64,000 bases of DNA from an uncultured Pelagibacteraceae bacterium (GTDB lineage: Bacteria > Pseudomonadota > Alphaproteobacteria > Pelagibacterales > Pelagibacteraceae): NCBI GenBank assembly GCA_902592715.1, contig CACJFS010000005.1, positions 10,489 through 74,488 on the forward strand. Reading direction: 5' to 3'. A program made the translations under genes and the position numbers. The notes under the pieces are model-generated. The model saw nothing but the letters and a program-made list of their open reading frames with translations, searched no databases and had not been told where the DNA came from. Numbering within the stretch: the first letter of the stretch is position 1; every line of letters begins with the position of its first letter. This document shows positions 39,242 through 50,496 of the stretch, in pieces.

Positions 39242-40229
39242 TTTTAAATTTGTTTTTTAATGTGCATACGGCTAATGCAAATCTTAAAGATCTATTCCAT
39301 TTTAAAATTAATTCGTAATTATCAAAAACTAAATAAGCTGGAGTTAATTTTTGTGCGTCAGGTATAATATCATAATCAGGGGTCACAATTGCAGCCTTCA
39401 AATTATCAAGATCATTAAGATTTTTGCTGTTTTTGATATATTTTTTTAAATAGGATATTTTATTTTTATGCTTAATTTGTTTTGCAGATGTATTTAGATA
39501 TTTATAAGGTGTTTCATTGATAAGTTCTACTTTGTAAAAACATGGTTTTTTATTATCCCATCCTATATTATTTAAGTAATTTGCAGCAGAAGCAAATGAA
39601 TCCTCAATATTCTTCAAATTTATAATTTCATCTTCATTGTAATCAATTGCATAATTTTTAATTGTAGAAGGCATAAATTGGAAATTACCAAAAGCTCCTG
39701 CCCAAGACCCTAAATAATTATTTGGATCTATAATTCCTTTATCAAATAAAATTAAAAGTGTAAGTAGCTCTGATGTGAAGAATTCACTTCTTCTTTTGTC
39801 ATAACTTAAAGTAGCTAATGATGAGACTATATCCATTTTGCCTAAATAATTACCAAAATTTGTTTCGATTCCCATAAGAGATAAAAGTAAATTCTTATCA
39901 ACAGAAAATTCTTGAGTGATTTTATCGATTTTTGATTTGTTAATTTTATAAATTTTTAAACCAGAATTTACTTTTTTATTATTAGCTCTTTTAGAAATAT
40001 ATGTTTTGGTATCTTCATAAAATTCTGGTTGGTATCTATCATACTTTATAACATTCTTTAAAAAAATAGATTTATCAATTGTATTTTCGATTGTTTTTAA
40101 ACTCACACCTTTTTCTAAAGCAATTAATTTAAAATTTTTTTTCCATTCATTAAATTCAGAGTCATTTGCATAGACGTTAAAATTGATTAAAATAAAAAGA
40201 AAAAAAACGTAAATTTTAATTTTTTTCAT
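39231..40229 (-). CDS. Lytic murein transglycosylase (MltB family)
   Basis: QPEF, G.ETNFG, GSWAGA.G..QFMPST, ASAANYL, WNRS. Confidence 0.92.
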   Translation of the reverse strand: MKKIKIYVFFLFILINFNVYANDSEFNEWKKNFKLIALEKGVSLKTIENTIDKSIFLKNVIKYDRYQPEFYEDTKTYISKRANNKKVNSGLKIYKINKSKIDKITQEFSVDKNLLLSLMGIETNFGNYLGKMDIVSSLATLSYDKRRSEFFTSELLTLLILFDKGIIDPNNYLGSWAGAFGNFQFMPSTIKNYAIDYNEDEIINLKNIEDSFASAANYLNNIGWDNKKPCFYKVELINETPYKYLNTSAKQIKHKNKISYLKKYIKNSKNLNDLDNLKAAIVTPDYDIIPDAQKLTPAYLVFDNYELILKWNRSLRFALAVCTLKNKFKNAI

Positions 40230-41097
40230 AAATATCTTTCAGATATATGAATACAGCAATCCATATTAAAATAAAACTAACTAACTGATTTATATTAAAT
40301 TGCTCATTATAAATGAAAAAGCCAAGAATAAATTGCAAAGTAGGAGTAATATAAAAAATCATTCCAGCAGGTCCTAGTCCTGCTAATTCAACACCTCTTA
40401 CATATAAAAAAAGAGGAATCACCGTCATTGGTCCTGCCAACATTAATAATGGCATCAATGAGGGATTTGATAAACTGAAATCATTATAATTATTTATACT
40501 TATAAAATAAAAAGCAACTAGTACAAAAGGAAGTATATACAAACTTTCTATAAGAAGCCCAATATCAGTTTCTACGTTAATTTTTTTTCTAAATAGATTA
40601 TAAAAACTCCAACTTAAGGCTACGATTAAACCTACCCATGGAATTGAATTAAAATCTATTATCAATAAATAACTGACAGAAATAATTACTAAAAAGATCG
40701 AAATTTTTCCTTTTTTAGTTATAGGTTCTTTAAAAAAAAAATTACCAAGAAAAACACTTATAATTGGCATGATAAAATAGCCAAAACTTGCATCAATTAT
40801 TTTATCTATGCTAATTGCATAAATCCACACACCCCAATTAATAAAAATTAAAAAACCAGAAATAAAGAGAATAAATAATTTCTGTTTATCATTGAGAATT
40901 TTTTTAAAAATACTCCATTTAGAAAAGAAAAAAGTAGTAACTATTAATAAAAAAGCTGTCCAAACACTTCTATGAATTAATACTTCTATATGACCTGCAA
41001 AGGAAATATATTTAAAGTAAATAACACCAAAAAAACCCCACCAAAACGAACCAAAGGATGTAAGCAAAACTCCTTTATTAAAATTTTTTTTGTTCAT
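40216..41097 (-). CDS. rarD: EamA family transporter RarD
   Basis: HR..W, NW, ASFGYFI.P, Y...RK, YITPT.QF. Confidence 0.9.
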   Translation of the reverse strand: MNKKNFNKGVLLTSFGSFWWGFFGVIYFKYISFAGHIEVLIHRSVWTAFLLIVTTFFFSKWSIFKKILNDKQKLFILFISGFLIFINWGVWIYAISIDKIIDASFGYFIMPIISVFLGNFFFKEPITKKGKISIFLVIISVSYLLIIDFNSIPWVGLIVALSWSFYNLFRKKINVETDIGLLIESLYILPFVLVAFYFISINNYNDFSLSNPSLMPLLMLAGPMTVIPLFLYVRGVELAGLGPAGMIFYITPTLQFILGFFIYNEQFNINQLVSFILIWIAVFIYLKDIYEKN

Positions 41098-41181
41098 TTT
41101 AAAATATCTGAATATTTTGACTAACTACTTAAGTCATTTTATTGTTGAAATATATATTAATAATAATAAAACCTTGCACAC

Positions 41182-41271
41182 GGAGAGATGGCTGAGCGGT
41201 TGAAAGCATCGGTCTTGAAAACCGACAAAGGGGCAACTCTTTCCTGGGTTCGAATCCCAGTCTCTCCGCCA
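41182..41271 (+). tRNA. tRNA-Ser(UGA)
   Basis: GGAGAGA...TCTCTCC-G-CCA; anticodon loop CTTGAAA; long variable arm. Confidence 0.97.
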
Positions 41272-41272
41272 T

Positions 41273-41518
41273 TCATTTAAAATCAATCAACAGTTTTAAT
41301 ATTTTATTATTTTTAAATATCATTTCATTCTTTGAAATTTTGATAATGTCTTCATCATTCATATTAATTAACTTATCTAAATCCACTAAATCATCAAAAG
41401 ATAATGTATCAATTATAGATTTAACAAAGCTACTGACAAATATATCCATTTCTTTTGTACCTCGATATTGAGATCTATAAATTATCTTATTAATTAAATT
41501 TTGTTTATTTGAATTCAT
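41273..41518 (-). CDS. sdhE: Succinate dehydrogenase assembly factor 2 (SdhE)
   Basis: YRS.YRGTKEMD (RGxxE); divergent from recG. Confidence 0.88.
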   Translation of the reverse strand: MNSNKQNLINKIIYRSQYRGTKEMDIFVSSFVKSIIDTLSFDDLVDLDKLINMNDEDIIKISKNEMIFKNNKILKLLIDFK

Positions 41519-41546
41519 TGGTTATAAACATATATATATATATTTA

Positions 41547-43589
41547 ATGAGTAATTTTGAATATTTATTGTCACCTATTAATAAAATTAAAGGTGTTGGT
41601 AAAAAAACATTAAATTCATTCAACAAAAAAAAAATTTTTACAATTTTTGACCTGTTGTGGCATTTACCTATATCAAGAATTGAAACTGCTGAAGATACTG
41701 AAATTGATGATTTACAAGCAGGAAAAAATTACAACATAAAAGTAATACCAATTAAATATAATTTTCCACGAATTAGAAATTTACCTAATAAAGTACTGTG
41801 TGAAAAAAATGGAGTAAAATTAGACTGTATTTTTTTTAATAGTTATGAGGGATATATCAAAAAATTATTACCTTTAAATGAAGAAATAATAATACATGGA
41901 AAAGCAAATAATTTTAAAAATAAATTCCAATTTGTAAATCCAACGACAAAAAAGACAAATAATTTAAATATTATAAATGAAGATAGTAAATATAGTCTTT
42001 CTGATGGTTTAACATTAAATAAATATAATCAAGTAATAAATAGTGTTTTTCAAAATTTACCTGACCTAGAAGAATGGTTGCCAAAACAAGTATCGAGTTT
42101 ATTTGATGATATAACTTGGAAGGAATGTATTATTAAAATTCATAAGGAAGAAATTACAAAAATTAGAAACACAAAATATTTTAGGAGACTCGTTTTTGAT
42201 GAGATATTTGCAAATTTTTTACTTTCTTCTGATATTAGAAATAAAATAAAAAAAATAAAAAAAAAAAATAAAATCTTAGACTCACAATATCAAAATAAAC
42301 TAATTAGTAATTTAAATTTTGAACTTACAACCGATCAAATAACTTCATTAAAAAATATTAATAAAGATATGGAGTCAAAACAAAAAATGTTTAGATTATT
42401 ACAAGGAGATGTGGGATCTGGAAAAACAATAGTATCTGTAATAGCTGCATTAAATGCTATAAAAGCTGGCTATCAAGTTGCAATAATGGCTCCAACTGAA
42501 ATATTAGCAATTCAACATTATAAATTTATATTAGAAAATTTTAATACCTTTTGTAATCCTGAAATATTAACTGGTAAAACTGATTATAAAAAAAGAAAAA
42601 ATATTTTAAGTGATCTCATGAATAATAAAATTGATATTTTAGTTGGTACACATTCTCTTTTTCAAGAAAAAATTACCTACTTTAATTTGGGATTAATTGT
42701 AATTGATGAACAACACAAATTTGGTGTTAATCAAAGAAAAAAACTATCAGATAAAGGAGGTAAAGATTGTGATGTACTCGTTATGTCAGCAACCCCTATT
42801 CCAAGAACAATGATGATGACTATTTATGGAGATATGGATGTTTCTTTAATAAAATCTAAACCAAAAAATAGAAAACCAATCAAAACATATAGTAAAAATG
42901 AAACTAAAATTAATGAAGTGATTAATTTTATTAAAAGTGAAATTTCAAAAAAAAATCAAGTTTTCTGGGTTTGTCCACTTATAAAAGAGTCAAAAAAGAT
43001 TGACCATCAATCTGCTACAGAGAAATATAAATATTTAAGTAAAATTTTTAAAGATAGAGTTGATATTGTTCATGGAGCAATGAATAAGGAAGAAAAAGAT
43101 AAAGTTTTAAATAAGTTTAATGAAAGAAAGATAGATATATTGGTTTCAACTACAGTAATAGAAGTTGGCATCGATTTTCCAAATGCTAATGTAATCGTTA
43201 TTGAAAATTCAAATAAATATGGTTTATCCCAGTTACATCAATTGAGAGGACGAGTTGGTAGGGGTAGCAAAGAATCTTCATGCATACTAATGTTTAAAGC
43301 AGGACTAAGTGAAAACGCACGTAAGAGAATAACAATCCTCAAAAATACTAATGATGGTTTTAAAATTGCTGAAGAAGACTTAAAAATTAGAGGATATGGC
43401 GATATTTTAGGATTTAAGCAAAGTGGCCTAAAAAAATACAACTTAGCAGACCCTATTCAGCATGAAGATCTTTTCAATATTGCAGAAAAAGAGATTAAAA
43501 AAATTGAAAAAAATAATATTAAAATAAATAACTTTAATAAGCTTATCAAGCTTTACGACAAGGTTGCTGTGATTAATGAGACTATTTAG
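41547..43589 (+). CDS. recG: ATP-dependent DNA helicase RecG
   Basis: QGDVGSGKT, DEQH, SATPIPR, QLHQLRGRVGRG. Confidence 0.97.
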   Translation: MSNFEYLLSPINKIKGVGKKTLNSFNKKKIFTIFDLLWHLPISRIETAEDTEIDDLQAGKNYNIKVIPIKYNFPRIRNLPNKVLCEKNGVKLDCIFFNSYEGYIKKLLPLNEEIIIHGKANNFKNKFQFVNPTTKKTNNLNIINEDSKYSLSDGLTLNKYNQVINSVFQNLPDLEEWLPKQVSSLFDDITWKECIIKIHKEEITKIRNTKYFRRLVFDEIFANFLLSSDIRNKIKKIKKKNKILDSQYQNKLISNLNFELTTDQITSLKNINKDMESKQKMFRLLQGDVGSGKTIVSVIAALNAIKAGYQVAIMAPTEILAIQHYKFILENFNTFCNPEILTGKTDYKKRKNILSDLMNNKIDILVGTHSLFQEKITYFNLGLIVIDEQHKFGVNQRKKLSDKGGKDCDVLVMSATPIPRTMMMTIYGDMDVSLIKSKPKNRKPIKTYSKNETKINEVINFIKSEISKKNQVFWVCPLIKESKKIDHQSATEKYKYLSKIFKDRVDIVHGAMNKEEKDKVLNKFNERKIDILVSTTVIEVGIDFPNANVIVIENSNKYGLSQLHQLRGRVGRGSKESSCILMFKAGLSENARKRITILKNTNDGFKIAEEDLKIRGYGDILGFKQSGLKKYNLADPIQHEDLFNIAEKEIKKIEKNNIKINNFNKLIKLYDKVAVINETI

Positions 43590-44205
43590 TTTTAGTATCT
43601 GATGTCCCAGCTGACACTATAAACTTAGAGGCTTCTTCAAATGTCATATCCAGATATACAATCTCACTTTTAGGAAACATTAGTAGAAAGCCACTGGTTG
43701 GATTTGGTGTTGTAGGAACAAAAACGTTTATTAATTCTGTATTGGTTTTTTTAGATATTTCACCTTTGTTTTCTTTTGTGGCAAAACCAACTGCCCAGGT
43801 ACCTTTTCTTGGGTATTGAATTAAAACTACACTTTTTTTTGATCCCTTTTTTGGAGCAAATGTTTCTGTCATTTGTCCAATTGCAGAATATATAGTTCTT
43901 AAAATTGGTATTTTTTTTAATAAATCATTAAATAATTGTAAAATTTTTTTTCCAATAAAAGAAAGCGACAGACCGCCTACAAGAGTAATAAAAATTACTG
44001 AAAGTAAAATTTCTAAGCCTGGAATAGCAAAAGGCAAATAGCTATTTGGATTTATTCCTTGTGGAATTAATTTTGATGAAATTGATATAAAAAACGTTGT
44101 AAGGTATAGTGTAATACCAATAGGAACTAAAACAACAATTCCTGTTATAAAGTAATTTCTTAATCTTGCTATAAATGAAATTTTTTTTCTTTTTAATTTA
44201 GACAT
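43582..44205 (-). CDS. DUF502 family membrane protein
   Basis: FITG, IP..R.IY, VFVPTTPNPTSGF; start moved to ATG 44205 to avoid overlap with the divergent gene. Confidence 0.88.
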   Translation of the reverse strand: MSKLKRKKISFIARLRNYFITGIVVLVPIGITLYLTTFFISISSKLIPQGINPNSYLPFAIPGLEILLSVIFITLVGGLSLSFIGKKILQLFNDLLKKIPILRTIYSAIGQMTETFAPKKGSKKSVVLIQYPRKGTWAVGFATKENKGEISKKTNTELINVFVPTTPNPTSGFLLMFPKSEIVYLDMTFEEASKFIVSAGTSDTKTK

Positions 44206-44251
44206 AACTTTAATTGATTGTAAAATACATGTAATATAAATATTAAGAAAA

Positions 44252-45073
44252 GTGAATAGAAGAAATTTTATATATTTAATGGGTTGTGGCTGTATTTCTG
44301 CAGGTTTACATGCTTGTGCTAATACTCCGATCACAGATAGAAGGCAGTTGAGATTAATTCCAGAATCAAAGCTGAATGCTCAAGCTGCCCAATTATATGA
44401 AAAAGTAAAACAAAAAGCTAAATTAAGTGAAGATAAAGAAAATTTAGATAAAATTATTGCTATTGGATCAAAAATAGAAACATCAATATCTGAATATTTT
44501 TATAATAATAACATGGATGACCCAACTTCAAACTTTTCATGGGAATATATTTTAATAGATAACAAAAAAGTTAAAAATGCATGGTGCATGCCTGGAGGAA
44601 AAATTGCTGTTTACACTGGCATGTTAGATATTACCAAAAATGATGATGGGTTAGCGGCTGTAATGGGTCATGAAATTGCTCATGCTGTTGCTAAACATTC
44701 TGTTGAGAGAGCAAGCAGAACGGTATTATTAAATACTACAACTGGAATAATCGATATTGCAACAGGTGGTAAGATATCTAAAGTTAATAGAACAACAGGC
44801 ATGAATACAGTTGGATTGTTATCACAAATTGGAATTATGAACCCATTTACCAGAAAACAAGAAAGTGAGGCTGATTATTTAGGATTAATTTTCTCATCAT
44901 TATCTGGTTTCGATATCAGAGAAACGACCAAAATATGGGAAAGAATGAAGAAGGCAAATAAAGGTAAAGAGCCACCAGAGTTTATGAGCACACATCCTTC
45001 AAATGATAGAAGAATTGAGCAAATAAATAATTGGACGAATGAAATTATTTTAAAGTACCCACCAATAGCATGA
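44252..45073 (+). CDS. M48 family Zn metallopeptidase (Oma1/LoiP-like), probable Tat-exported lipoprotein
   Basis: NAWCMPGG, HEIAH, E.EAD, STHP; NRRNF motif and LHAC lipobox. Confidence 0.92.
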   Translation: MNRRNFIYLMGCGCISAGLHACANTPITDRRQLRLIPESKLNAQAAQLYEKVKQKAKLSEDKENLDKIIAIGSKIETSISEYFYNNNMDDPTSNFSWEYILIDNKKVKNAWCMPGGKIAVYTGMLDITKNDDGLAAVMGHEIAHAVAKHSVERASRTVLLNTTTGIIDIATGGKISKVNRTTGMNTVGLLSQIGIMNPFTRKQESEADYLGLIFSSLSGFDIRETTKIWERMKKANKGKEPPEFMSTHPSNDRRIEQINNWTNEIILKYPPIA

Positions 45074-45078
45074 TGTGT

Positions 45079-45154
<76 letters not shown>

Positions 45155-45204
45155 AACACGAAAATTCTTATATTGATTTTTTGATATTTGGCAATGGTTA
45201 AAAT

Positions 45205-46323
45205 TTACAAAATATTAATATACTTGTCATGAAATTGATCAAAAGTTCCCATTTTGATATTTTTTCGAATTTCATACATAAGTTCTTGATAGAAATTTAT
45301 ATTATTTAATGTCAAAATCATTGATGACAACATCTCATTAGTATTGTTAAGGTGATTTAAATAATTTTTAGAGTATTTATTTAAGTCAAACTTTGTAACA
45401 TTGCTATCTAGAGGTGTATTATCTAATTTATTTTCAGAATTTCTAATTTGAACTCTACCATTCCAAGTAAAAGCTAATCCAGTTCTTCCTGATCTTGTTG
45501 GAAGGACACAGTCAAACATGTCTATTCCCCTCTTAACTGCTCCCAATATATCGGATGGAGTTCCTACACCCATTAAATATCTTGGTTTATCTACTGGTAA
45601 ATTATCCTTGATGCCATCTAATACATCAAACATTTCTTTTTGAGTTTCTCCAACAGCTAAACCACCAATTGCATATCCATCAAATTCTATTTCAATTAAT
45701 TTATTAAGTGACTCATTCCTTAAATCATTAAATAAACCTCCTTGAACTATGCCAAACAAAGCTTTGTGAGGATTTTTTCCAAATTCTTCCTTGGACCTTT
45801 TAGCCCACTCTGTTGATAAATCCATGGAAGTTTTAATTTTGTTATAATCATTAGTATTTTTTGGACATTCATCCATTACCATTACAATGTCTGAATTAAG
45901 TTTTTTTTGTATTTTAATGCTTTCCTCAGGACTTAATATAAAAGTTTTTCCATCTATATGAGATTGAAAAATTGCTCCTTTAACTTTATCAATCTTATTA
46001 AATTTAGATAATGACATTACCTGGTAACCACCAGAATCTGTTAAAATAGGAAGTTTACAATTCATAAATTTATGTAACCCTCCCACAGCTTCAATTCTTT
46101 CAGTGCCAGGTCTAATCATTAGGTGATATGTATTTGAGAGAATAATCTCACTTCCTGTCTTAATAATATCATCAATAAAAACACCTTTAACAGTAGCTTG
46201 AGTACCCACCGGCATAAAAGCAGGAGTATTAATATCTCCACGATGGGTTTGAATTAATCCTACACGATAATTTTTATTTTGATGTTTTACGCTAAAAGAA
46301 AAATTCTTTTTAATGTCTTCCAT
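45205..46323 (-). CDS. tgt: tRNA-guanine transglycosylase
   Basis: TPAFMPVGT, TDSGG.Q, DEC, GIVQGG, GGLAVGE, DMFDCV. Confidence 0.96.
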   Translation of the reverse strand: MEDIKKNFSFSVKHQNKNYRVGLIQTHRGDINTPAFMPVGTQATVKGVFIDDIIKTGSEIILSNTYHLMIRPGTERIEAVGGLHKFMNCKLPILTDSGGYQVMSLSKFNKIDKVKGAIFQSHIDGKTFILSPEESIKIQKKLNSDIVMVMDECPKNTNDYNKIKTSMDLSTEWAKRSKEEFGKNPHKALFGIVQGGLFNDLRNESLNKLIEIEFDGYAIGGLAVGETQKEMFDVLDGIKDNLPVDKPRYLMGVGTPSDILGAVKRGIDMFDCVLPTRSGRTGLAFTWNGRVQIRNSENKLDNTPLDSNVTKFDLNKYSKNYLNHLNNTNEMLSSMILTLNNINFYQELMYEIRKNIKMGTFDQFHDKYINIL

Positions 46324-46333
46324 CCATTTAATT

Positions 46334-46891
46334 CTACTCGGATTTAAAGCTAATTATTTTATCTGGATTAGAAACAGACCCATTAGATCCATCTCCTTTT
46401 GTAATCATATCGACAAATTCCATACCTTCTGTTACTTTTCCAAAAACAGTATATTGTCTATCAAGATGTGGCGTGGATCCAAAACAAATAAAGAACTGAC
46501 TGTTAGCACTATTTGGATCTGAAGATCTTGCCATTGACAATGTTCCTCTCTCATGTGGTAAATCATTAAACTCTTCTTTAAGATCAGGTAGATCAGAACC
46601 ACCCATGCCAGCTCTACTTAAGTTGAATTTATCAGAAGATGAATTTCCAAATTGTACATCGCCAGTTTGAGCCATAAATCCATCTATTACTCTATGAAAA
46701 ACAACTCCGTCGTATTTTCCACTGTTTGCTAACTCAGTTATTCTTTTAACATGGTTTGGTGCCACGTCTGGAAATAATTCAATTTTTACATCTCCATCTT
46801 TTAATTTAAGTATCATTGTATTCTCCTTTGCATTTAAAGCTGTTGTTAATAAAAATATTGATAAAAATAAAATAATGATTTTTTTAAGCAT
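46334..46891 (-). CDS. Cyclophilin-type peptidyl-prolyl isomerase (secreted)
   Basis: FHRVIDGFMAQ, SMAR, SANSQFFI, YTVFG. Confidence 0.94.
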   Translation of the reverse strand: MLKKIIILFLSIFLLTTALNAKENTMILKLKDGDVKIELFPDVAPNHVKRITELANSGKYDGVVFHRVIDGFMAQTGDVQFGNSSSDKFNLSRAGMGGSDLPDLKEEFNDLPHERGTLSMARSSDPNSANSQFFICFGSTPHLDRQYTVFGKVTEGMEFVDMITKGDGSNGSVSNPDKIISFKSE

Positions 46892-47378
46892 AAATCTCTT
46901 TTAATGACTTAATTGTACTTTTTGTGGTAAATTTCCTTAAATCACCTTTGTGTAAAGCTATTTCTTTCACAAATCTCGATGAAATAATCTGATTTTCAAC
47001 GTCTGACATTAGAAAAACTGTTTCTACTTTATTATTTAATTTTCTGTTCATGCCCGCTAGTTGGAACTCATATTCAAAATCTGATACTGCCCTTAAACCT
47101 CTAAGAATTAGGTTTGATTTATATTTTTTACATAGTTCTGTTGTTAAGGAGTTAAACTTGATTACTTGAATTTTACTTTTTGCTAATTTCAAGTCGCCAT
47201 ACAAGGCTTTTTTGACAATTTTGTATCTTTCGTCAATTGGAAATAAAAAATTTTTTTCATTACCATCTGATATACCGACAATTATTTTGTCAGCTAATTT
47301 TAACGCTTTTTTAATAACATCAATATGACCGTTAGTTATTGGATCGAATGTTCCCGGGTATATAGCTATATTTTTCAT
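46884..47378 (-). CDS. coaD: Pantetheine-phosphate adenylyltransferase
   Basis: YPGTFDPITNGH, RGLR..SDFEYE. Confidence 0.97.
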   Translation of the reverse strand: MKNIAIYPGTFDPITNGHIDVIKKALKLADKIIVGISDGNEKNFLFPIDERYKIVKKALYGDLKLAKSKIQVIKFNSLTTELCKKYKSNLILRGLRAVSDFEYEFQLAGMNRKLNNKVETVFLMSDVENQIISSRFVKEIALHKGDLRKFTTKSTIKSLKEIYA

Positions 47379-49960
47379 TAAACCAAATTATCATCTAATT
47401 TAATTGAAGAGACAACCTTTTCATCACCAGTTAATTTAATAATTCTTACTCCTTGAGTATTTCTTCCAGCAATTCTTATTTCTTTAACAGCTGTTCTAAT
47501 AACTCTTCCTTTGTTTGTAGAAATTAATATTTGATCACCTTCAAAAACTGGGAAAGATGAAGATACATTGCCATTTCTTGGAGAATTTACAATTCCAATT
47601 ATCCCCTTCCCTCCACGATTTGTAACTCTAAAATCATAATGGGATGTTCTTTTGCCATAACCATTTTCTGTAATTGACAAGATAAATTTTTCTTTGGCTT
47701 TTGTCTCTGTTTTTTCATCTTTAGTTTTATTTTTATTTTTTTTATTATCATCTTTGTCGACTATAGATAAAGAAACAATTGTATCTTTTTCTGAAAGATT
47801 TATCCCTCTTATACCTTTAGAAGATCGTCCTTTGAAAACTCTAAGTTTTTTTGATTCAAACCTTATGCATTTTCCAAATTTGGTATTTAACATTATATCT
47901 TGATCATCAGTACATATTTTTACACCAATAATTTTATCATCAGAGTCTAGCTTCATTGCAATTTTACCAGAAGCATTAATAGATGAAAAATCTTCTAAAT
48001 TATTCTTTCTTATTTTTCCTTTACTAGTTGCAAATATAATATGCATATTTTTCTTATCAACATCATCTGCGGGAAACGGCATAATAGAACTAATAGACTG
48101 ATGATTTTTTAAAGGCAGTATATTAAACAGTGATTTACCTTTAGATGACGCTGAACCTTCAGGTATTTTCCAGGCTTTAACTTTATAAGCTAAACCTTCT
48201 GTTGAAAAAAATAACAATGACGTATGGGTATCTACAGACAAAGTTTGAACAACAGAGTCTTCATCTCTAGTTTTAATCCCTGCTTTTCCTTTTCCACCCC
48301 TTTTTTGTTGTTTAACGTTGCTTAATGCACCTCTTTTTATATAACCCTGAAGCGTAATAGTAATTATAACTGACTCTTTTTGAATTGTTTCTTCAATATC
48401 ATAATTTAAGACAGCATCTATAATTTGAGTTCTTCTGGGTACTGAAAATTTTTCTTTTATCATCTGCAAATCGTTGCTTATTACACTTAACAGCTCATTT
48501 TTTGAATTAATAATTTTTTTATACTTAGAAATCTCTGCAGCTAATTTTTTAATTTCTATCTCTATTTCATTTATTCCTATTGCAGTTAATTTTTGGAGTC
48601 TAAGTTCCAATATAGACGTCACTTGATCGCTTGAAAGTACATATTTTCCTTTATAATTTTTATTATCAACTAATTTAATAAGTTTTGATGCTCTATTAAT
48701 TTTCCAAGTTGTTTTTAAAAGAGAATTTTTTGCCTCTTCAGGATTTTTTGATGATCTGATTATTTTAATAACTTTATCAATATTTTCAACACTCACGGAT
48801 AAACCTAATAAAATATGAACTCTCTCCTCTGCTTTATTAAGATCAAATTTTGTTCTTTTTATAACTACATCTTCTCTAAATTTTAAAAAGTTTTCTAAGA
48901 AATCTTTAAGGTTACAGGTCTTTGGTTTTTGATCAACTATTGCAAGTGAATTAAAACCAAATGAAGATTCTATGGATGTGAATTTGTATAATTGTCTTTT
49001 GACAGTTTCTGGCTCAACATTTCTTTTGAGGTCTATAGATACTCTAATACCAACACTATTAGACTCATCTCTTATATCACTTATACCCTCTATTTTTTTA
49101 TCTCTTACTAATTCAGCAATTCTTTCATTTAAATTTGACTTGTTAATTTGATAAGGTATTGAAGAAATAACAAGTCTGTCTTTACCATTTTTTAAATTTT
49201 CAACTGAAATTTCTCCACGAATTTTAAAAGATCCTCTTCCAGTTTTATATCCTTGTTTAATTATATCTTTTCCAATTATTAATCCACCTGTTGGAAAGTC
49301 TGGACCAGGAATATGTTTCATTAATTCATTTATTTTAATATCTTTGTTTTTGATCAAAGCTAATGTTCCATCCACAACCTCGCCCAAATTATGAGGTGGT
49401 ATGCTTGTTGCCATTCCAACAGCTATTCCACCAGCTCCATTAACTAAAAGATTTGGATATTGAGCAGGTAACACAATAGGTTCTTGCTCTGTTTCGTCGT
49501 AATTACTTTTAAATGATACTGTGTTTTTTTCTATATCATCGATTAAAAACTGTGAGACTTTAGCAAGTTTAGTTTCAGTATATCTCATTGCTGCAGGTGG
49601 ATCTCCATCTATAGAACCAAAATTACCTTGTCCATCAACTAATGGTAAGCTCATTGAAAATTCTTGAACCATTCTCACTAGCGCATCATAAACAGCTTGA
49701 TCTCCATGAGGATGATATTTACCAATTACATCTCCAACAATTCTTGCAGATTTTCTGAATTGTTTTGACCAATCAAAACCACCTTTGTGCATTGCATATA
49801 TAATTCTTCTATGAACTGGCTTTAATCCATCTCTGATATCAGGTAGCGCCCTACTCACTATAACACTCATAGCATAAGACAGATATGATGAACTCATCTC
49901 ATCATACATTGAGATTGGTTTAATATTATTATTGATCTTAGGAATTTCGGTTTTTTCCAT
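47378..49960 (-). CDS. gyrA: DNA gyrase subunit A
   Basis: YHPHGD, AAMRYTE, GyrA-box QKRGGKG, C-terminal pinwheel. Confidence 0.97.
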   Translation of the reverse strand: MEKTEIPKINNNIKPISMYDEMSSSYLSYAMSVIVSRALPDIRDGLKPVHRRIIYAMHKGGFDWSKQFRKSARIVGDVIGKYHPHGDQAVYDALVRMVQEFSMSLPLVDGQGNFGSIDGDPPAAMRYTETKLAKVSQFLIDDIEKNTVSFKSNYDETEQEPIVLPAQYPNLLVNGAGGIAVGMATSIPPHNLGEVVDGTLALIKNKDIKINELMKHIPGPDFPTGGLIIGKDIIKQGYKTGRGSFKIRGEISVENLKNGKDRLVISSIPYQINKSNLNERIAELVRDKKIEGISDIRDESNSVGIRVSIDLKRNVEPETVKRQLYKFTSIESSFGFNSLAIVDQKPKTCNLKDFLENFLKFREDVVIKRTKFDLNKAEERVHILLGLSVSVENIDKVIKIIRSSKNPEEAKNSLLKTTWKINRASKLIKLVDNKNYKGKYVLSSDQVTSILELRLQKLTAIGINEIEIEIKKLAAEISKYKKIINSKNELLSVISNDLQMIKEKFSVPRRTQIIDAVLNYDIEETIQKESVIITITLQGYIKRGALSNVKQQKRGGKGKAGIKTRDEDSVVQTLSVDTHTSLLFFSTEGLAYKVKAWKIPEGSASSKGKSLFNILPLKNHQSISSIMPFPADDVDKKNMHIIFATSKGKIRKNNLEDFSSINASGKIAMKLDSDDKIIGVKICTDDQDIMLNTKFGKCIRFESKKLRVFKGRSSKGIRGINLSEKDTIVSLSIVDKDDNKKNKNKTKDEKTETKAKEKFILSITENGYGKRTSHYDFRVTNRGGKGIIGIVNSPRNGNVSSSFPVFEGDQILISTNKGRVIRTAVKEIRIAGRNTQGVRIIKLTGDEKVVSSIKLDDNLV
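47604..47611 (-). other. KOPS-like octamer GGGAAGGG pointing leftward
   Basis: + strand CCCTTCCC inside gyrA. Confidence 0.4.
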
Positions 49961-49965
49961 ATTGT

Positions 49966-50415
49966 TTAAAATGGAATATCATCGTCTAAGCCGCTTTGAT
50001 CAGGTGAAGGGCTGTCATCAAAATTTTGTTTATTATCTTGTGATGCAATATTATTTTGATTTCCACCTCCAAGCATAGTTAAAGATGAATTATAACCTTG
50101 TATTAAAATTTCCGTTGAGTATTTATCTTGTCCACTTTGTTCATCTTTCCATTTTCTTGTTGAAAGCTGTCCTTCAACGTATACTTGTGCTCCTTTTTTT
50201 AAATACTGCTGAACAACATTTACCAAACCTTCGTTAAAAACTACTACTCTATGCCATTCAGTCTTTTCTTTTTTTTCACCAGTATTTTTATCTTTCCAGG
50301 ATTGACTTGTGGCAAGGCTTAATCTGGCAACACTTTTACCATTTACCATTTGTTTTACTTCTGGGTCTGCGCCTAAACGACCAATTAATAATACTTTATT
50401 TAAACTACCAGCCAT
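49966..50415 (-). CDS. ssb: Single-stranded DNA-binding protein
   Basis: NKV.LIGRLG.DPE, TEWHRV, C-terminal DDDIPF. Confidence 0.98.
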   Translation of the reverse strand: MAGSLNKVLLIGRLGADPEVKQMVNGKSVARLSLATSQSWKDKNTGEKKEKTEWHRVVVFNEGLVNVVQQYLKKGAQVYVEGQLSTRKWKDEQSGQDKYSTEILIQGYNSSLTMLGGGNQNNIASQDNKQNFDDSPSPDQSGLDDDIPF

Positions 50416-50496
50416 AATATTTTAATATTTAAGAATGTTTATTATATCACTTATTAACTTGAATATTAATTTTATTAAACTAAAGCAACAAAAATT

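Noticed and set aside
50416-50496. LexA box between ssb and uvrA
   Set aside because: No GTTC-N7-GTTC or GAAC-N7-GAAC direct repeat seen
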